This document shows, piece after piece, positions 1 to 11,982 of a stretch of DNA of 64,000 bases. Below the pieces are notes generated by a model. That model ran no database searches, was not told where the DNA came from, and saw nothing but the letters and a program-made list of their open reading frames with translations. The first letter of the stretch is position 1. Each line of letters starts with the position of its first letter. A program made the position numbers and the translations under genes. The DNA is from Coraliomargaritaceae bacterium (lineage in GTDB: Bacteria; Verrucomicrobiota; Verrucomicrobiia; Opitutales; Coraliomargaritaceae). The stretch is taken from assembly GCA_965657865.1 (NCBI GenBank), contig CBFHPQ010000003.1:3410-67409 (forward strand). The letters run 5' to 3'.

Positions 1-966
1 ATCTGAATCAACCATGATTTTAACAAGATCCTTGAACAAAACCTTTGGTTCCCAGTTCAATTGCTTTTTAGCCTTTGCAGGATCTCCAATCAATAGATCC
101 ACTTCCGTAGGACGCTCATAACGCTTGTCGTAATCAACGTACTCTTCCCAATCAAGATCCAAAAGCGCGAATGTTTCTTTCACAAAATCCTTCACAGAAT
201 TTGTTTGATTCGTCGCCATGACGTAGTCGTCCCCAGAGTCCTGCTGTAACATTAACCACATTGCTTCAACGTATTCCTTTGCATACCCCCAGTCACGCTT
301 GGCATCAAGATTGCCCAAATACAACTTATCCTGTAATCCCAATTTTATACGAGTCGCTGCTCGCGTAATTTTACGAGTAACGAATGTTTCACCACGACGC
401 GGTGATTCATGATTAAAGAGAATTCCGTTCGTCGCATGCATTCCGTAAGATTCACGATAATTAACTGTCAGCCAATACGCATAAACTTTGGCGCACCCGT
501 AAGGTGAACGCGGATAAAAAGGAGTCTTTTCCGTTTGAGGCACTTCCTGTACCAAACCAAACATCTCAGAAGAGGATGCTTGGTAAAAACGACACTTACC
601 CTCCAAACCAACTTCACGAATTGCCTCCAATAAACGCAAGGTTCCAAGACCAGTAACGTCTCCGGTATATTCAGGTACATCAAACGAGACCCGCACGTGG
701 CTTTGCGCTCCCAAGTGGTAAATCTCATCCGGCTGAAGTTGATACAATAGCTTCATCAACATCACACCATCCGCCAAGTCACCATAATGAAGAAAAAGTT
801 TCGTACCGTTAATGTGTGGATCTGAATACAAATGATCGATCCGAGATGTGTTAAAAGTGGAAGAACGACGAATGATGCCGTGCACCTCGTAACCCTTCTC
901 TAATAATAGTTCCGCCAAGTAAGATCCATCCTGGCCCGTGATTCCTGTTATAAGTGCTTTTTTCAT
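1..966 (-). CDS. gmd: GDP-mannose 4,6-dehydratase (3' end lies beyond the left edge)
   Basis: Reverse translation from ATG at 966-964 gives [36 protein letters not shown]...[13 protein letters not shown]...[10 protein letters not shown]...[16 protein letters not shown]. The frame stays open to position 1. It is missing from the ORF track because it has no stop inside the window. Confidence 0.9.
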   Translation of the reverse strand, partial: MKKALITGITGQDGSYLAELLLEKGYEVHGIIRRSSTFNTSRIDHLYSDPHINGTKLFLHYGDLADGVMLMKLLYQLQPDEIYHLGAQSHVRVSFDVPEYTGDVTGLGTLRLLEAIREVGLEGKCRFYQASSSEMFGLVQEVPQTEKTPFYPRSPYGCAKVYAYWLTVNYRESYGMHATNGILFNHESPRRGETFVTRKITRAATRIKLGLQDKLYLGNLDAKRDWGYAKEYVEAMWLMLQQDSGDDYVMATNQTNSVKDFVKETFALLDLDWEEYVDYDKRYERPTEVDLLIGDPAKAKKQLNWEPKVLFKDLVKIMVDSD

Positions 967-1042
967 ATAACCCGATAATAGCATACTTAAAAAAAATATC
1001 TTTTCGTATTTACGTAATTTTATTTATATATTTGCTACATTT

Positions 1043-2170
1043 ATGGCAAGAACCGCACCCAGTATCGCGATAGCGTTCGATTTGAATTTTCAGCAAGCTG
1101 CGCAAATTTATCGCGGAGTGAGCGATTACGTGACCTCAAATGGGCTCGATTGGCGCCTAATTCCCCTTCAAATAGGCTTTGAATCGAAACTCATTCAGCT
1201 CGCAGAGTCTGGACAACTCGCAGGTGCAATCGGAACCTTTGTAAGTGACTCGTGGATTCAACGCCTAAGAGACCACAAAATAGAGGTGATCAATCTTTTT
1301 AATTTCTCAAAAATTGATAGTGTCCCGAGTGTGGGTATCGACGACCCGCAACTGGGTAAAGACGCTGCCCGTCACTTAATGGAACAAGGCGCACGCAAAC
1401 TCGCCTATTACGGTATCAATAGTATCTATTCAAGCCGGTTACGACTCGATGGATTTTCCACGAAAAGCAAAAAACAGTTCCAAAACTTAAACTCACTCAA
1501 TGCGCTAAAGGAGTTTTTCGTAAAGAATAAACCCTCAAGCAAATTCCCAGTAGGCATTTTTTGTTCTAGTGATCGACTGGCAAGAGAAGTCATTCACAAC
1601 GCCCAAGAGACAGGGCATACTTGCGGAAAAGACTGCTTAATACTTGGAGTGGATGACGATCCCTCAGAGTCTATCTATGCAGGAGTTGAAATTAGTAGCT
1701 TTAAAATCCCCGTTCATAACTGCGGCTATCAAGCTGCTAAAATACTTAACGAAAACCTAGAGGGCACAAAAACGAATCCCTCCAGTATCTACCAATATCC
1801 GTTTGAGCTGATCGCACGTGAATCCTCGCTAGCCTCAAAACGCGCTCGCATAAGCCAACGCGCAAGTAAAGCCGTCAGTGAAAACATAGCAGATCCAAAC
1901 TTAGATGCGACTTCCTTAGCAAGGCGTACCGGGGCCTCAAAACGAGCCCTCGAACTTGCCCTAAAATCACAACTCGAAACAAGCCCCTATCGTCTTATCA
2001 GTCAGGCACGATTATCCCTCGCAAAACAACTCCTCAAAGAAACCAAGCTCCCCGTAATGGAAATTGGTCTTCGCTGTGGATACCCCGAGCCACATCATTT
2101 TTCAACTTGGTTCAAAAAGAACACACAATCCGCTCCAAAAGTTTTTCGAGCAATGTCGCCTTCGGTTTGA
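1043..2170 (+). CDS. XylR-like AraC-family transcriptional regulator (periplasmic-binding-protein-like sensor domain plus C-terminal AraC HTH)
   Basis: The first ~270 aa look like a LacI/PBP-type sugar-binding fold. The C-terminus ([34 protein letters not shown]) is a typical AraC HTH. It is divergent from gmd across an AT-rich spacer. Confidence 0.7.
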   Translation: MARTAPSIAIAFDLNFQQAAQIYRGVSDYVTSNGLDWRLIPLQIGFESKLIQLAESGQLAGAIGTFVSDSWIQRLRDHKIEVINLFNFSKIDSVPSVGIDDPQLGKDAARHLMEQGARKLAYYGINSIYSSRLRLDGFSTKSKKQFQNLNSLNALKEFFVKNKPSSKFPVGIFCSSDRLAREVIHNAQETGHTCGKDCLILGVDDDPSESIYAGVEISSFKIPVHNCGYQAAKILNENLEGTKTNPSSIYQYPFELIARESSLASKRARISQRASKAVSENIADPNLDATSLARRTGASKRALELALKSQLETSPYRLISQARLSLAKQLLKETKLPVMEIGLRCGYPEPHHFSTWFKKNTQSAPKVFRAMSPSV

Positions 2171-2202
2171 CAGACCACCTTCCCTCCTTCTTCACTATAA
2201 GC

Positions 2203-3279
2203 ATGTCCAAACAAGGTCTCATTCTTCTAAATCTCGGTTCGCCCGATTCCACCGAGACGATTGACGTACGTAATTATCTCCGCGAATTCCTTATGGATCC
2301 CCGCGTTCTCGATATTCCCAAAGTGCTTCGCTGGATGATTGTGAATTGTTTCATTTTACCCAAACGTCCGAAGCAATCAGCTGAAGCCTATGCGAGTATT
2401 TGGAAACCGGATGGCTCACCCTTAGTTCTCACTTCAATTGAGCAACAAAAGGCACTCGCAGAGATCACAAAACTACCAACTGAGCTTGGCATGCGCTATG
2501 GCAACCCAAGCACTGAAAATGCCCTTCTAAAACTTCTAGAGCAAGGAGTTGACGACCTTTTCATAATCCCCATGTACCCACACTACGCGATGTCCAGCTA
2601 CGAGACTGCGGTTGTGCATTTAATGGAATCTGTTCGAAAGCACGCGCCGACAATCAAGACCACTCTCTTACCGCCCTATTACCAAGAACCCGGTTACATA
2701 AAAGCACTTGTAGAATCTGCGCGCCCCGCGCTTGAAAGCAATGACTTCGATCAGCTGCTCTTTTCCTTTCACGGCATTCCGCAACGCCATCTCATAAAAA
2801 GCGACCCATCGCATGATCACTGTTTGACCACTCCTGATTGCTGCAACACCTGCCACCCCGCACACGCGACCTGCTACCGTCATCAATGTGCAATGACCGT
2901 CGAGAAATTTGTGAAAGCCGCCAATCTTTCCTCTGGCAAATATCGCATAACTTTCCAATCGAGACTCGGGCGCACTCCCTGGCTTCAACCCTACACCGAC
3001 CAAACCCTTGAGGACCTTGCCGAATCGGGCTACAAAAACGTCAAAGTTATTTGCCCAGCATTCACTGCTGATTGTCTCGAAACCTTAGAAGAAATTGCAG
3101 TAGAAGGTCGCGAAACCTTTATTGATGCAGGTGGTGAATCCTACGAACAGGTGCCCTGCCTGAACACCCACCCAAAATTTATAGAATTTCTTGCTGACCG
3201 AGTCCAACAATGGCAAAACGGAGCCTTCGCAACCGAGCATGCGACTCCTCCCGCCTACGTGGCTCCCATGAAACGATAA
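2203..3279 (+). CDS. hemH: ferrochelatase
   Basis: [16 protein letters not shown]...[18 protein letters not shown]...MYPHYAMSS...SFHGIP are ferrochelatase motifs. I prefer the internal ATG at 2203 over the track start at 2107, which overlaps the upstream gene. Confidence 0.9.
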   Translation: MSKQGLILLNLGSPDSTETIDVRNYLREFLMDPRVLDIPKVLRWMIVNCFILPKRPKQSAEAYASIWKPDGSPLVLTSIEQQKALAEITKLPTELGMRYGNPSTENALLKLLEQGVDDLFIIPMYPHYAMSSYETAVVHLMESVRKHAPTIKTTLLPPYYQEPGYIKALVESARPALESNDFDQLLFSFHGIPQRHLIKSDPSHDHCLTTPDCCNTCHPAHATCYRHQCAMTVEKFVKAANLSSGKYRITFQSRLGRTPWLQPYTDQTLEDLAESGYKNVKVICPAFTADCLETLEEIAVEGRETFIDAGGESYEQVPCLNTHPKFIEFLADRVQQWQNGAFATEHATPPAYVAPMKR

Positions 3280-3285
3280 AATCTA

Positions 3286-4146
3286 ATGTTTGAATACGCT
3301 TATTGCGACGATCGCCTGGTTTTTGGCATTGGTGCTGCACTATATCTTTTGTCGGCGGTTATCGGTCTCTATGCCCTCCTAAGATCAAAGGCGTACCCTC
3401 GCGTTGGCTTGCTGCCCTTTATAGGCATCGCATTTCTCGTTCAAACCATCGGGCTCAACCTACGCGGCACCGAAGTCGGTGGCTGTCCTCTTGGTAACAG
3501 TTTTGAAGTCGCGCAATTTATTTGTTGGTCTGCGGTTTTACTTTATTTCATCATAGGGCCCGTAAGCCGCCTTCGTCTATTAGGGCTTTTCACTGCGTCT
3601 TTTGCAGGCATCTTGAGCGCGATTGCTCTACTCATTCCCGCTTGGGATGCACCTTATCTTCCCGGTCGATTCGGTGGTGATCCCTGGATTGAGTTACACG
3701 CCGCTATGGCAATTTTTAGTTATGGGGTCTTTACCATTCTAACGCTCGTTTCTGGCATGTTTTTACTCCAACAACACGGTCTAAAACAGAAACAACATCG
3801 TGGCATTTACGCAGTACTTCCATCCGTGCAGCAGCTCGATATAATGGCAAAACGCCTTCTCCTAACAGGCGTCTTCTGTCTTTCAGCAGCCTTAATTTTT
3901 GGTGCCCTCTTTTGGATCGAAAATCCCGAACGAGTCCCGATTTTTAAACTCAGCGTTACTGGGTTCGTATGGGTTGGCTATTTTACGGTTGCGATGCTTC
4001 GCCTTCAAAATCGTCTCGTTACGCGCCGACAAGCCTATGCGGTAATACTTCTCTTTCTACTTGCGCTGCTCTCCCTCTGGCCGGTTCAAACCGCCCGCGA
4101 ACCGGCTCAAGTGCCCCACGTTGAGGAGCCTACTATTGCCTCATGA
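3286..4146 (+). CDS. CcsA/HemX-like cytochrome c assembly family membrane protein
   Basis: Polytopic membrane protein of about 8 TM segments. It sits between hemH and hemA and its stop overlaps the hemA start (ATGA). That placement resembles the Bacillus hemA-hemX pairing. Confidence 0.55.
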   Translation: MFEYAYCDDRLVFGIGAALYLLSAVIGLYALLRSKAYPRVGLLPFIGIAFLVQTIGLNLRGTEVGGCPLGNSFEVAQFICWSAVLLYFIIGPVSRLRLLGLFTASFAGILSAIALLIPAWDAPYLPGRFGGDPWIELHAAMAIFSYGVFTILTLVSGMFLLQQHGLKQKQHRGIYAVLPSVQQLDIMAKRLLLTGVFCLSAALIFGALFWIENPERVPIFKLSVTGFVWVGYFTVAMLRLQNRLVTRRQAYAVILLFLLALLSLWPVQTAREPAQVPHVEEPTIAS

Positions 4147-5186
4147 GTTTGGAAACGCTCCAATCACTGCTTGTGCTGGGTTGTTCGCATCACAAGACCC
4201 CACTCGAAGTACGCGAACGTTTTACCTTAAATCAAGACGGTGCTCATGCGCTTCAAGCACGCCTGAGTGAATGCAGCGCACTCAGTGAAAGTATCGTCCT
4301 CGCTACTTGTAATCGACTCGAAATTTACGCCCGAATCGCAAAACCAGACAGTCAAACCGATGCCGTTATACGTCAATTACTCAGCAAAGAACTCGATCTA
4401 AAACCAGAATTTTTAGACGACCATTTGTATCAATATACGAATCTTGAAGTCATTGAGCACGCCTTTTCTGTGGCCTCGGGACTAGATTCACAATTGATTG
4501 GAGAAACTGAGATTCTTGGACAGATGAAACAAGCACATGCCGCTGCTCAGCAGTCTAAAAGCACAGGGCCGACCCTCAACCGATTGTTTGAGAAAAGTTT
4601 TCAAGCTGCAAAGATAGCGCGCACACAAACGGGTATTGGAAAGGGACAAGTCAGTATTGGTAATGTGGCGGTGGATCTCGCAAGTCGCATTTTTGGAAAA
4701 TTTGAAACAAGCCGCGTTCTCCTCATAGGATCAGGCGAAGTCGGTCAACGCACCGCTCAAGCCCTAAAAAGCCGGGGTGTTAACTCGCTCGAAGTGACAA
4801 GTCGAACCCTTGAAAATGCTCAAAGCCTCGCAACTGATCTTGAAGCTAAAACCATCCCTTTCGAAGAATATAAAACCCAACTTCAACGTTTCGACATTAT
4901 CATAAGTTCGACTGCCGCTCCCGGATTAATTTTAAATCCTATTGATTTTACTGCGGCGCGGAAGGCATGCCCCGCGCGACCTTTTTTCCTAATCGACCTT
5001 GCAATGCCGCGTGACCTAGCCCCTCAACTAAGTGCCCTAGAGAATTTTTACCTCTATAACCTCGATGACCTTTCCGAGATAGCTAACGAAAATCTGGCTC
5101 GCCGAGGTGCGGAATGTCAGCAAGCCCAAAGATTGCTTAAAGCTCAAGCGTGGCAACTCTGGTTACAACTTCGTCGTAGATCCTAA
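4143..5186 (+). CDS. hemA: glutamyl-tRNA reductase (short form, 347 aa)
   Basis: Contains the catalytic-Cys motif [10 protein letters not shown], plus GETEILGQ and the NADPH-binding segment LLIGSGEVG. Confidence 0.85.
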   Translation: MSLETLQSLLVLGCSHHKTPLEVRERFTLNQDGAHALQARLSECSALSESIVLATCNRLEIYARIAKPDSQTDAVIRQLLSKELDLKPEFLDDHLYQYTNLEVIEHAFSVASGLDSQLIGETEILGQMKQAHAAAQQSKSTGPTLNRLFEKSFQAAKIARTQTGIGKGQVSIGNVAVDLASRIFGKFETSRVLLIGSGEVGQRTAQALKSRGVNSLEVTSRTLENAQSLATDLEAKTIPFEEYKTQLQRFDIIISSTAAPGLILNPIDFTAARKACPARPFFLIDLAMPRDLAPQLSALENFYLYNLDDLSEIANENLARRGAECQQAQRLLKAQAWQLWLQLRRRS

Positions 5187-5263
5187 AGCGAATGCATGCA
5201 AACTGTCACTATCACTTTAATTAATATTTACATAAGGGATATTTATGTTTATTAATTAAATAC

Positions 5264-5581
5264 ATGAATAGCGCCGTCTCAATTCTTCTAGGCTTTATCA
5301 GTTGCTTCGCAGTTTGTAGCCAAATACTTGCTCAGTCACAAATAGTCGCAACTCTAACCGGCCTTGCACAAGGTGATATCGGAGAGAGAAATTTTAATCC
5401 CTCCTTTAGGCTAAATGCAGGACAGAAACTTAAGATGACTGTAAGCAATTCAACGGACACTGTCGCAGATCTTAAATTCCTTTATTGGGATTCCCTTACA
5501 GTAGAAACAATCCCTGAACCCGGAAGCTACGCACTAGTTCTTGGACTAGCTGGAAGCCTGCTCATTGCGAGACGTCGCTAG
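5264..5581 (+). CDS. small PEP-CTERM sorting-domain protein (105 aa)
   Basis: N-terminal signal peptide. The C-terminus IPEPGSYALVLGLAGSLLIARRR shows the PEP motif, a TM helix and a basic tail. Confidence 0.7.
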   Translation: MNSAVSILLGFISCFAVCSQILAQSQIVATLTGLAQGDIGERNFNPSFRLNAGQKLKMTVSNSTDTVADLKFLYWDSLTVETIPEPGSYALVLGLAGSLLIARRR

Positions 5582-5587
5582 CATGAG

Positions 5588-7840
<2,253 letters not shown>

Positions 7841-7843
7841 TTA

Positions 7844-9031
7844 CTAGAGTTGAGCACAGAAACGGGTCAAGCGCTCTAATCCTTTTTCAATAACCTCGTC
7901 GGAAGTAGCATAACTCAAACGCATATAACCCGCTGCGCCAAAACCTTCGCCTGGAACAACTGCTACTTTTTCAGTCTCAAGTAATTGGGTTGCAAAATCG
8001 GTAGCTCCCAAACCTAAGGCCTCCATCTTTGGAAATAAATAGAATGCCCCTTTAGCGCGTGTGCACTCAATGCCTTCAATTGCTTGCAGACCTTCCAAAA
8101 GGCGTAAACGACGGCGATCAAAAACTTCAAGCATGCTTGAAACTGCGCTCATTGATTGATCCCAGTTTTGCATTGCCGCCAGAGCGCCGTATTGCGCGAA
8201 GGTAGTCGCATTCGAACTCGTTTGACTCTGAAGACTGGAAACCGCCTTAGCGATTGCAGGCGGAGCAAGTAAAGTCCCAAGGCGCCAGCCCGTCATCGAA
8301 AAAGTCTTACTAAATCCAGCAACGGTAATCGTCGAGGCAGCGGCCTCCTTTGAGAAGGAAGCGGGACTGACGTGCTCAACACCATCATAAAGGAGATACT
8401 CGTAGATCTCGTCGGACATAATGTAAATACCGGCCTCAAGCGCAACTTCAACTAATGCCGCTAATTCAGCTTTGTCATAAATTGCTCCCGTAGGATTTGA
8501 AGGGCTGTTTATGATAACCATTCGTGTGCGGGGAGTGATCGATTCCTTAAGTTGTTCAGGCGTTATTTTGAAACCACTTTCTTGACCAGCGAAAACAACT
8601 TTTGGTACGCCGCCTGCCAATTTCACCATCTCAGGATAACTTACCCAGTATGGCGCGGGTACAATCACTTCATCGCCAGGACTCACAACCGCTAGAATTG
8701 CAAGATAACATGAAAATTTACCTCCAGGGCTGACCACTATCTGGGTGGACTCAACGCCTTCTATCCCGTTGTCGTTACGATACTTTTCTGCAAGCGCAGT
8801 TCGTAGCTCTGGAATACCCGGCGCTGGAGCATATTTTGTTTTACCTGCAAGCAAGGCCTCCGCACAGGCTGTTTTGATAAACTCAGGTGTATCAAAGTCT
8901 GGCTCGCCAGCTCCAAAGCCACAGACATCTTCGCCCGCAGCCTTGAGCGCCTTCGCTTTAGCATCCACTGCAAGAGTTGGAGAAGGGGCTACGTTCTGTG
9001 CCCAACTAGAAAGAATTTGTGATTGTGTCAT
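7844..9031 (-). CDS. aspC: aspartate/aromatic aminotransferase (class I PLP enzyme)
   Basis: Motifs [16 protein letters not shown] and [12 protein letters not shown] (PLP-binding Lys) are present. Length is 395 aa. Confidence 0.85.
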   Translation of the reverse strand: MTQSQILSSWAQNVAPSPTLAVDAKAKALKAAGEDVCGFGAGEPDFDTPEFIKTACAEALLAGKTKYAPAPGIPELRTALAEKYRNDNGIEGVESTQIVVSPGGKFSCYLAILAVVSPGDEVIVPAPYWVSYPEMVKLAGGVPKVVFAGQESGFKITPEQLKESITPRTRMVIINSPSNPTGAIYDKAELAALVEVALEAGIYIMSDEIYEYLLYDGVEHVSPASFSKEAAASTITVAGFSKTFSMTGWRLGTLLAPPAIAKAVSSLQSQTSSNATTFAQYGALAAMQNWDQSMSAVSSMLEVFDRRRLRLLEGLQAIEGIECTRAKGAFYLFPKMEALGLGATDFATQLLETEKVAVVPGEGFGAAGYMRLSYATSDEVIEKGLERLTRFCAQL

Positions 9032-9087
9032 AATAATAAAAAACGCTCTTGTGATGAAATCGCAAATTACGATACATCACAAGAGCG
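9032..9087 (-). terminator. intrinsic terminator-like hairpin downstream of the histone-like gene, abutting the aspC start codon
   Basis: CGCTCTTGTGATG (9044-9056) pairs perfectly with CATCACAAGAGCG (9075-9087). An inner ATCG/CGAT stem extends it. On the minus strand it is followed by TTTTTTATTATT and then the aspC ATG. Confidence 0.6.
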
Positions 9088-9149
9088 CAGAGTGAAAACG
9101 TCTGACTCGGCAAAAGCAAGCCTAGCCTAAGAAGTGAGCTAAAAACTCG

Positions 9150-9665
9150 TTACTTCTTGCGACCTTTAGCAGCTTTCTTAGCGGGTGCTTTTTTCTTAAC
9201 TACTTTTTTGGCAGCTTTTTTGACCGCCTTTTTCTTAGCAGGCGCTTTTTTCTTAACTACTTTTTTAGCAGCTTTCTTCGCGACCTTCTTCTTAGCAGGC
9301 GCTTTTTTCTTAACTACTTTTTTAGCAGCTTTCTTTGCGACCTTCTTCTTAGCAGGTGCCTTTTTCTTAACTACTTTTTTGGCAGCTTTCTTTGCAACCT
9401 TTTTCTTGGCAGGTGCTTTTTTCTTAACTACTTTTTTGGCAGCTTTTTTGACCGCCTTTTTCTTAGCAGGCGCTTTTTTCTTAACTACTTTTTTAGCAGC
9501 TTTTTTGACCGCCTTTTTCTTGGCAGGTGCTTTTTTCTTAACTGCTTTTTTAGTAGCTTTTTTTGCTACTTTTTTAACAGCCTTCTTAACAGCCTTTTTC
9601 TTGGCTGGAGCTTTTTTGACAGCTTTCGCAGTCACCTTTTTCTTAGTTACTTTTTTCTTAGGCAT
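9150..9665 (-). CDS. histone H1-like / Hc2-like Lys-Ala-rich nucleoid protein (171 aa)
   Basis: The protein is almost entirely K, A, V and P. It contains six tandem copies of AKKK(AV/VA)KKAAKKVVKKKAP. Strand choice is supported by flanking minus-strand genes and the downstream terminator. Confidence 0.75.
   Translation of the reverse strand: MPKKKVTKKKVTAKAVKKAPAKKKAVKKAVKKVAKKATKKAVKKKAPAKKKAVKKAAKKVVKKKAPAKKKAVKKAAKKVVKKKAPAKKKVAKKAAKKVVKKKAPAKKKVAKKAAKKVVKKKAPAKKKVAKKAAKKVVKKKAPAKKKAVKKAAKKVVKKKAPAKKAAKGRKK
9183..9524 (-). repeat. six tandem 57-bp coding repeats (19-aa unit) inside the histone-like gene
   Basis: The period is directly visible. For example, gcgggtgcttttttcttaac at 9181 recurs as gcaggcgcttttttcttaac at 9238. 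Copies differ by only a few, mostly synonymous or AV/VA-swapping, substitutions. Confidence 0.9.
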
Positions 9666-9681
9666 AGTTTTTTTATCAGGG

Positions 9682-9987
9682 TTAAATTAGACAAGGCAAA
9701 GAATACCTTGAAATGTTAGTGTTCTTTAAAACTGTAAGTCTCAATTTTGTAATGCGTTTAAAATTAAATTTCGCAAGTTGAAGTAATTGAGCAAAGGAAA
9801 GCCTCAGGCCGCTCCAGCACTTGGATTCCAGCTGGTTAAAAAATTCACTAACAGATTTAAGAACGAATTTAAAAAAACTTAAATCTACAAAACCTTCTTT
9901 CATATTTCGACGATGATTTGTTAACAGCTTGTTGTGCAACGCTTGCTGGAAATCCGAAATTGAAAGTTTAATCAAAACAGTACGCAT
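9682..9987 (-). CDS. questionable hypothetical ORF in an AT-rich spacer
   Basis: 101-aa ORF ending 16 nt upstream of the histone-like gene. It has no recognisable motif and its composition looks non-coding. Confidence 0.2.
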   Translation of the reverse strand: MRTVLIKLSISDFQQALHNKLLTNHRRNMKEGFVDLSFFKFVLKSVSEFFNQLESKCWSGLRLSFAQLLQLAKFNFKRITKLRLTVLKNTNISRYSLPCLI

Positions 9988-10078
9988 AGTATGTTCTTAT
10001 GGGGTTATAGTTCGCTTTTCAGAGTTCGATTAGTCAATACAAAAATAACTAAGCACTACGTCACCTCACTTTAAAAAA

Positions 10079-11041
10079 TTATAATTCCGAAAAATTTTCT
10101 TCTGATAAAAAACAAATTTCATCCGTATTTTTCGGATCGAAGATTGAAGGTAAAAAATCTAAATTTACTGCTGCTGAGTATACTCTAAAACGAGTGCGAT
10201 TTCCCGTGGCTTCTTCAGATAAAGTGATGCGCTTTACAATGTACTGGCCAGAGACTTTTTTAAAACTTTCAACATCAAATCGAGTGAGCGCATTTTCCTT
10301 TGCGTCTAAAATTTCGATTCGTAATAGGGCGTTGTAATCGTTGTCGAGTGAAACTTTGACTGCGTGCATTTTGGAAGGCACTGAATTTGTTTCATCCGCT
10401 TCATTTTTCGCATCGGGTTCCTTGGGTGGATACATGCAAAATTCTTGCACTACCCGACTTCCGATAACTTTCGGACCCTTATAATCCCAATCACTCCAAT
10501 AAATAAAGGGCATGAGTAAATCAAATGGACGATAGAGCACACCTTCAAAGAGTGGCTTCCACAGATCTGCCTCGCTGACTATTTTGAAAGGTTCTCCGCT
10601 CTGAGACCTAGTCCAAACCTGTGCATCGACCCCATTCTGAACAATCCACTCTAAGTGCTGAGCATTTTCCTTATAATTACTAGAATTGGAATCCATTCCT
10701 GTATTTGAATCTGGAGGATCTAAAACAAAACGACTAATTGGACCTTTCTCGTTCCATGAGCCCCATACGGTCCCCTTGTAACGGATTGTCTTTCCTCGTC
10801 GCGGAAGATGCTCTAATACAAATTTGAAACAATAATCACCTTGTAGGCGTTGGCGCCTAAAGTTTTCTATAAAAGTACGCCCTTCCGCTTGTGAAATTCG
10901 TTCTGGAGAACGCTTGCGTACGGTTTCTCTCGCATGAGCATCACTTTGCAACCCTAAGACAAAAAAAAGACCAAGTGTTATCGTTACGATAACAGTTGGT
11001 CGAACCTTCTGAAAACAAAGGTAATTAAAAAGAATTAACAT
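10079..11041 (-). CDS. secreted LolA-like / outer-membrane lipoprotein-sorting-like protein
   Basis: It has a signal peptide. The overall pattern (W..G....R......P; central aromatic-rich F..V.YRPFDLL; C-terminal beta-rich part) recalls LolA-like DUF families. Its start overlaps the secG stop (TAATG). Confidence 0.45.
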   Translation of the reverse strand: MLILFNYLCFQKVRPTVIVTITLGLFFVLGLQSDAHARETVRKRSPERISQAEGRTFIENFRRQRLQGDYCFKFVLEHLPRRGKTIRYKGTVWGSWNEKGPISRFVLDPPDSNTGMDSNSSNYKENAQHLEWIVQNGVDAQVWTRSQSGEPFKIVSEADLWKPLFEGVLYRPFDLLMPFIYWSDWDYKGPKVIGSRVVQEFCMYPPKEPDAKNEADETNSVPSKMHAVKVSLDNDYNALLRIEILDAKENALTRFDVESFKKVSGQYIVKRITLSEEATGNRTRFRVYSAAVNLDFLPSIFDPKNTDEICFLSEENFSEL

Positions 11042-11502
11042 TAAGGATTTTGCGATGGCACTGCGACTGCTTCAGGCTGCTCGCTCTTTTCGACAATTGC
11101 TTTTGCAGTATCATTTTCAAACAGATCGTCTGCGGTACTTAATTCGACTGCTTCATCGACCACTGCTTCAACCTCCGTCTGTACGACTGTGGCTTCTGTT
11201 TCTTCAGTTGCAGGGGCACTTAGGTACACCTCGTTACTCGCTTCAAGTTGAGCATTCGAAGTTGCTTGGTAAAGGAGGAAAAGTATTAGTGAAATTAAGA
11301 AGAAAATAATAATCGAATAGATCGTAGTTTTTGTAAGGACATCATTTGTTTCTGCGCCGAAAGCAGACTCTGCTGCCCCACCGCCCAAAGCTCCACCCAT
11401 GCCGCCGCTCTGGCCCGTGCGCTGCATTAGAACTATCAAGACAACAAATCCTGAAGCTAATAATAAAAATAAAGTGAGAAGACTGATAAGAAGTTGGCTC
11501 AT
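11041..11502 (-). CDS. secG: preprotein translocase subunit SecG with long acidic C-terminal extension
   Basis: The N-terminal ~75 aa are LLLASGFVVLIVLMQRTGQSGGMGGALGGGAAESAFG...second TM, the SecG signature. About 78 further residues are Glu/Ala/Val-rich. Confidence 0.8.
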   Translation of the reverse strand: MSQLLISLLTLFLLLASGFVVLIVLMQRTGQSGGMGGALGGGAAESAFGAETNDVLTKTTIYSIIIFFLISLILFLLYQATSNAQLEASNEVYLSAPATEETEATVVQTEVEAVVDEAVELSTADDLFENDTAKAIVEKSEQPEAVAVPSQNP

Positions 11503-11655
11503 AAACGGATGCTTAAATTAATGGCAAACTCCCCAAGATGGCGAGTGCGCAAATGTTTTCAAGCGATAAATACCCCACTTTGCTTTGCTATTTTGAAGAT
11601 TTTACACTTTAATTTTGACAGTAAAGTCACTGCTAACATTACATAATGGTCTCAT

Positions 11656-11904
11656 ATGGAAACTAGAGCTTATCAAAAACTTCTCGGAAAAGGACAAATT
11701 GCATTCGGTGTTATTGCATCGTTGGCGTTCTATGCATTTATGTCAGTGAAATTGGTTCCGTACACATTTTCAGAAGATCCAATGGTTGCACAAATACAGG
11801 CCTGCTTCGCAGCAGTACCCGTTGCTACAACTTTTTGGTTCTCAATCAACATGTTCATGATTGTTTTAGCCGACCAACGAAAGCAGAAAAAAGCGGCTAA
11901 TTAA
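11656..11904 (+). CDS. small two-TM membrane protein, hypothetical
   Basis: 82 aa with two hydrophobic helices. A good intrinsic terminator follows it. Confidence 0.45.
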   Translation: METRAYQKLLGKGQIAFGVIASLAFYAFMSVKLVPYTFSEDPMVAQIQACFAAVPVATTFWFSINMFMIVLADQRKQKKAAN

Positions 11905-11936
11905 AAGGATCTGTCTCTTAAACGATTTTTAGCTTA

Positions 11937-11967
11937 AGCACTCCGTGAGGGGTGCTTTTTCTTTTTG
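11937..11967 (+). terminator. rho-independent terminator
   Basis: AGCACTCC-GTGA-GGGGTGCT stem-loop with one mismatch, followed by TTTTTCTTTTT. Confidence 0.6.
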
Positions 11968-11982
11968 GGAAGCAAAGAATGC

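Noticed and set aside
3324-3339. Sigma-54-like element TGGCAT-N5-CTGCA with correct -24/-12 spacing
   Set aside because: It lies 40 nt inside the hemX-like coding region with two mismatches to consensus and no downstream gene start. It is probably a chance match.
9157-9690. 177-aa plus-strand ORF (FLAGAFFLTTFLAAF.. repeats) mirroring the histone-like gene
   Set aside because: It is the antisense reading of the Lys/Ala repeat array. Neighbouring gene orientation and the minus-strand terminator at 9032-9087 support the K/A-rich frame. The Phe/Leu/Ala repeat is a compositional artefact.
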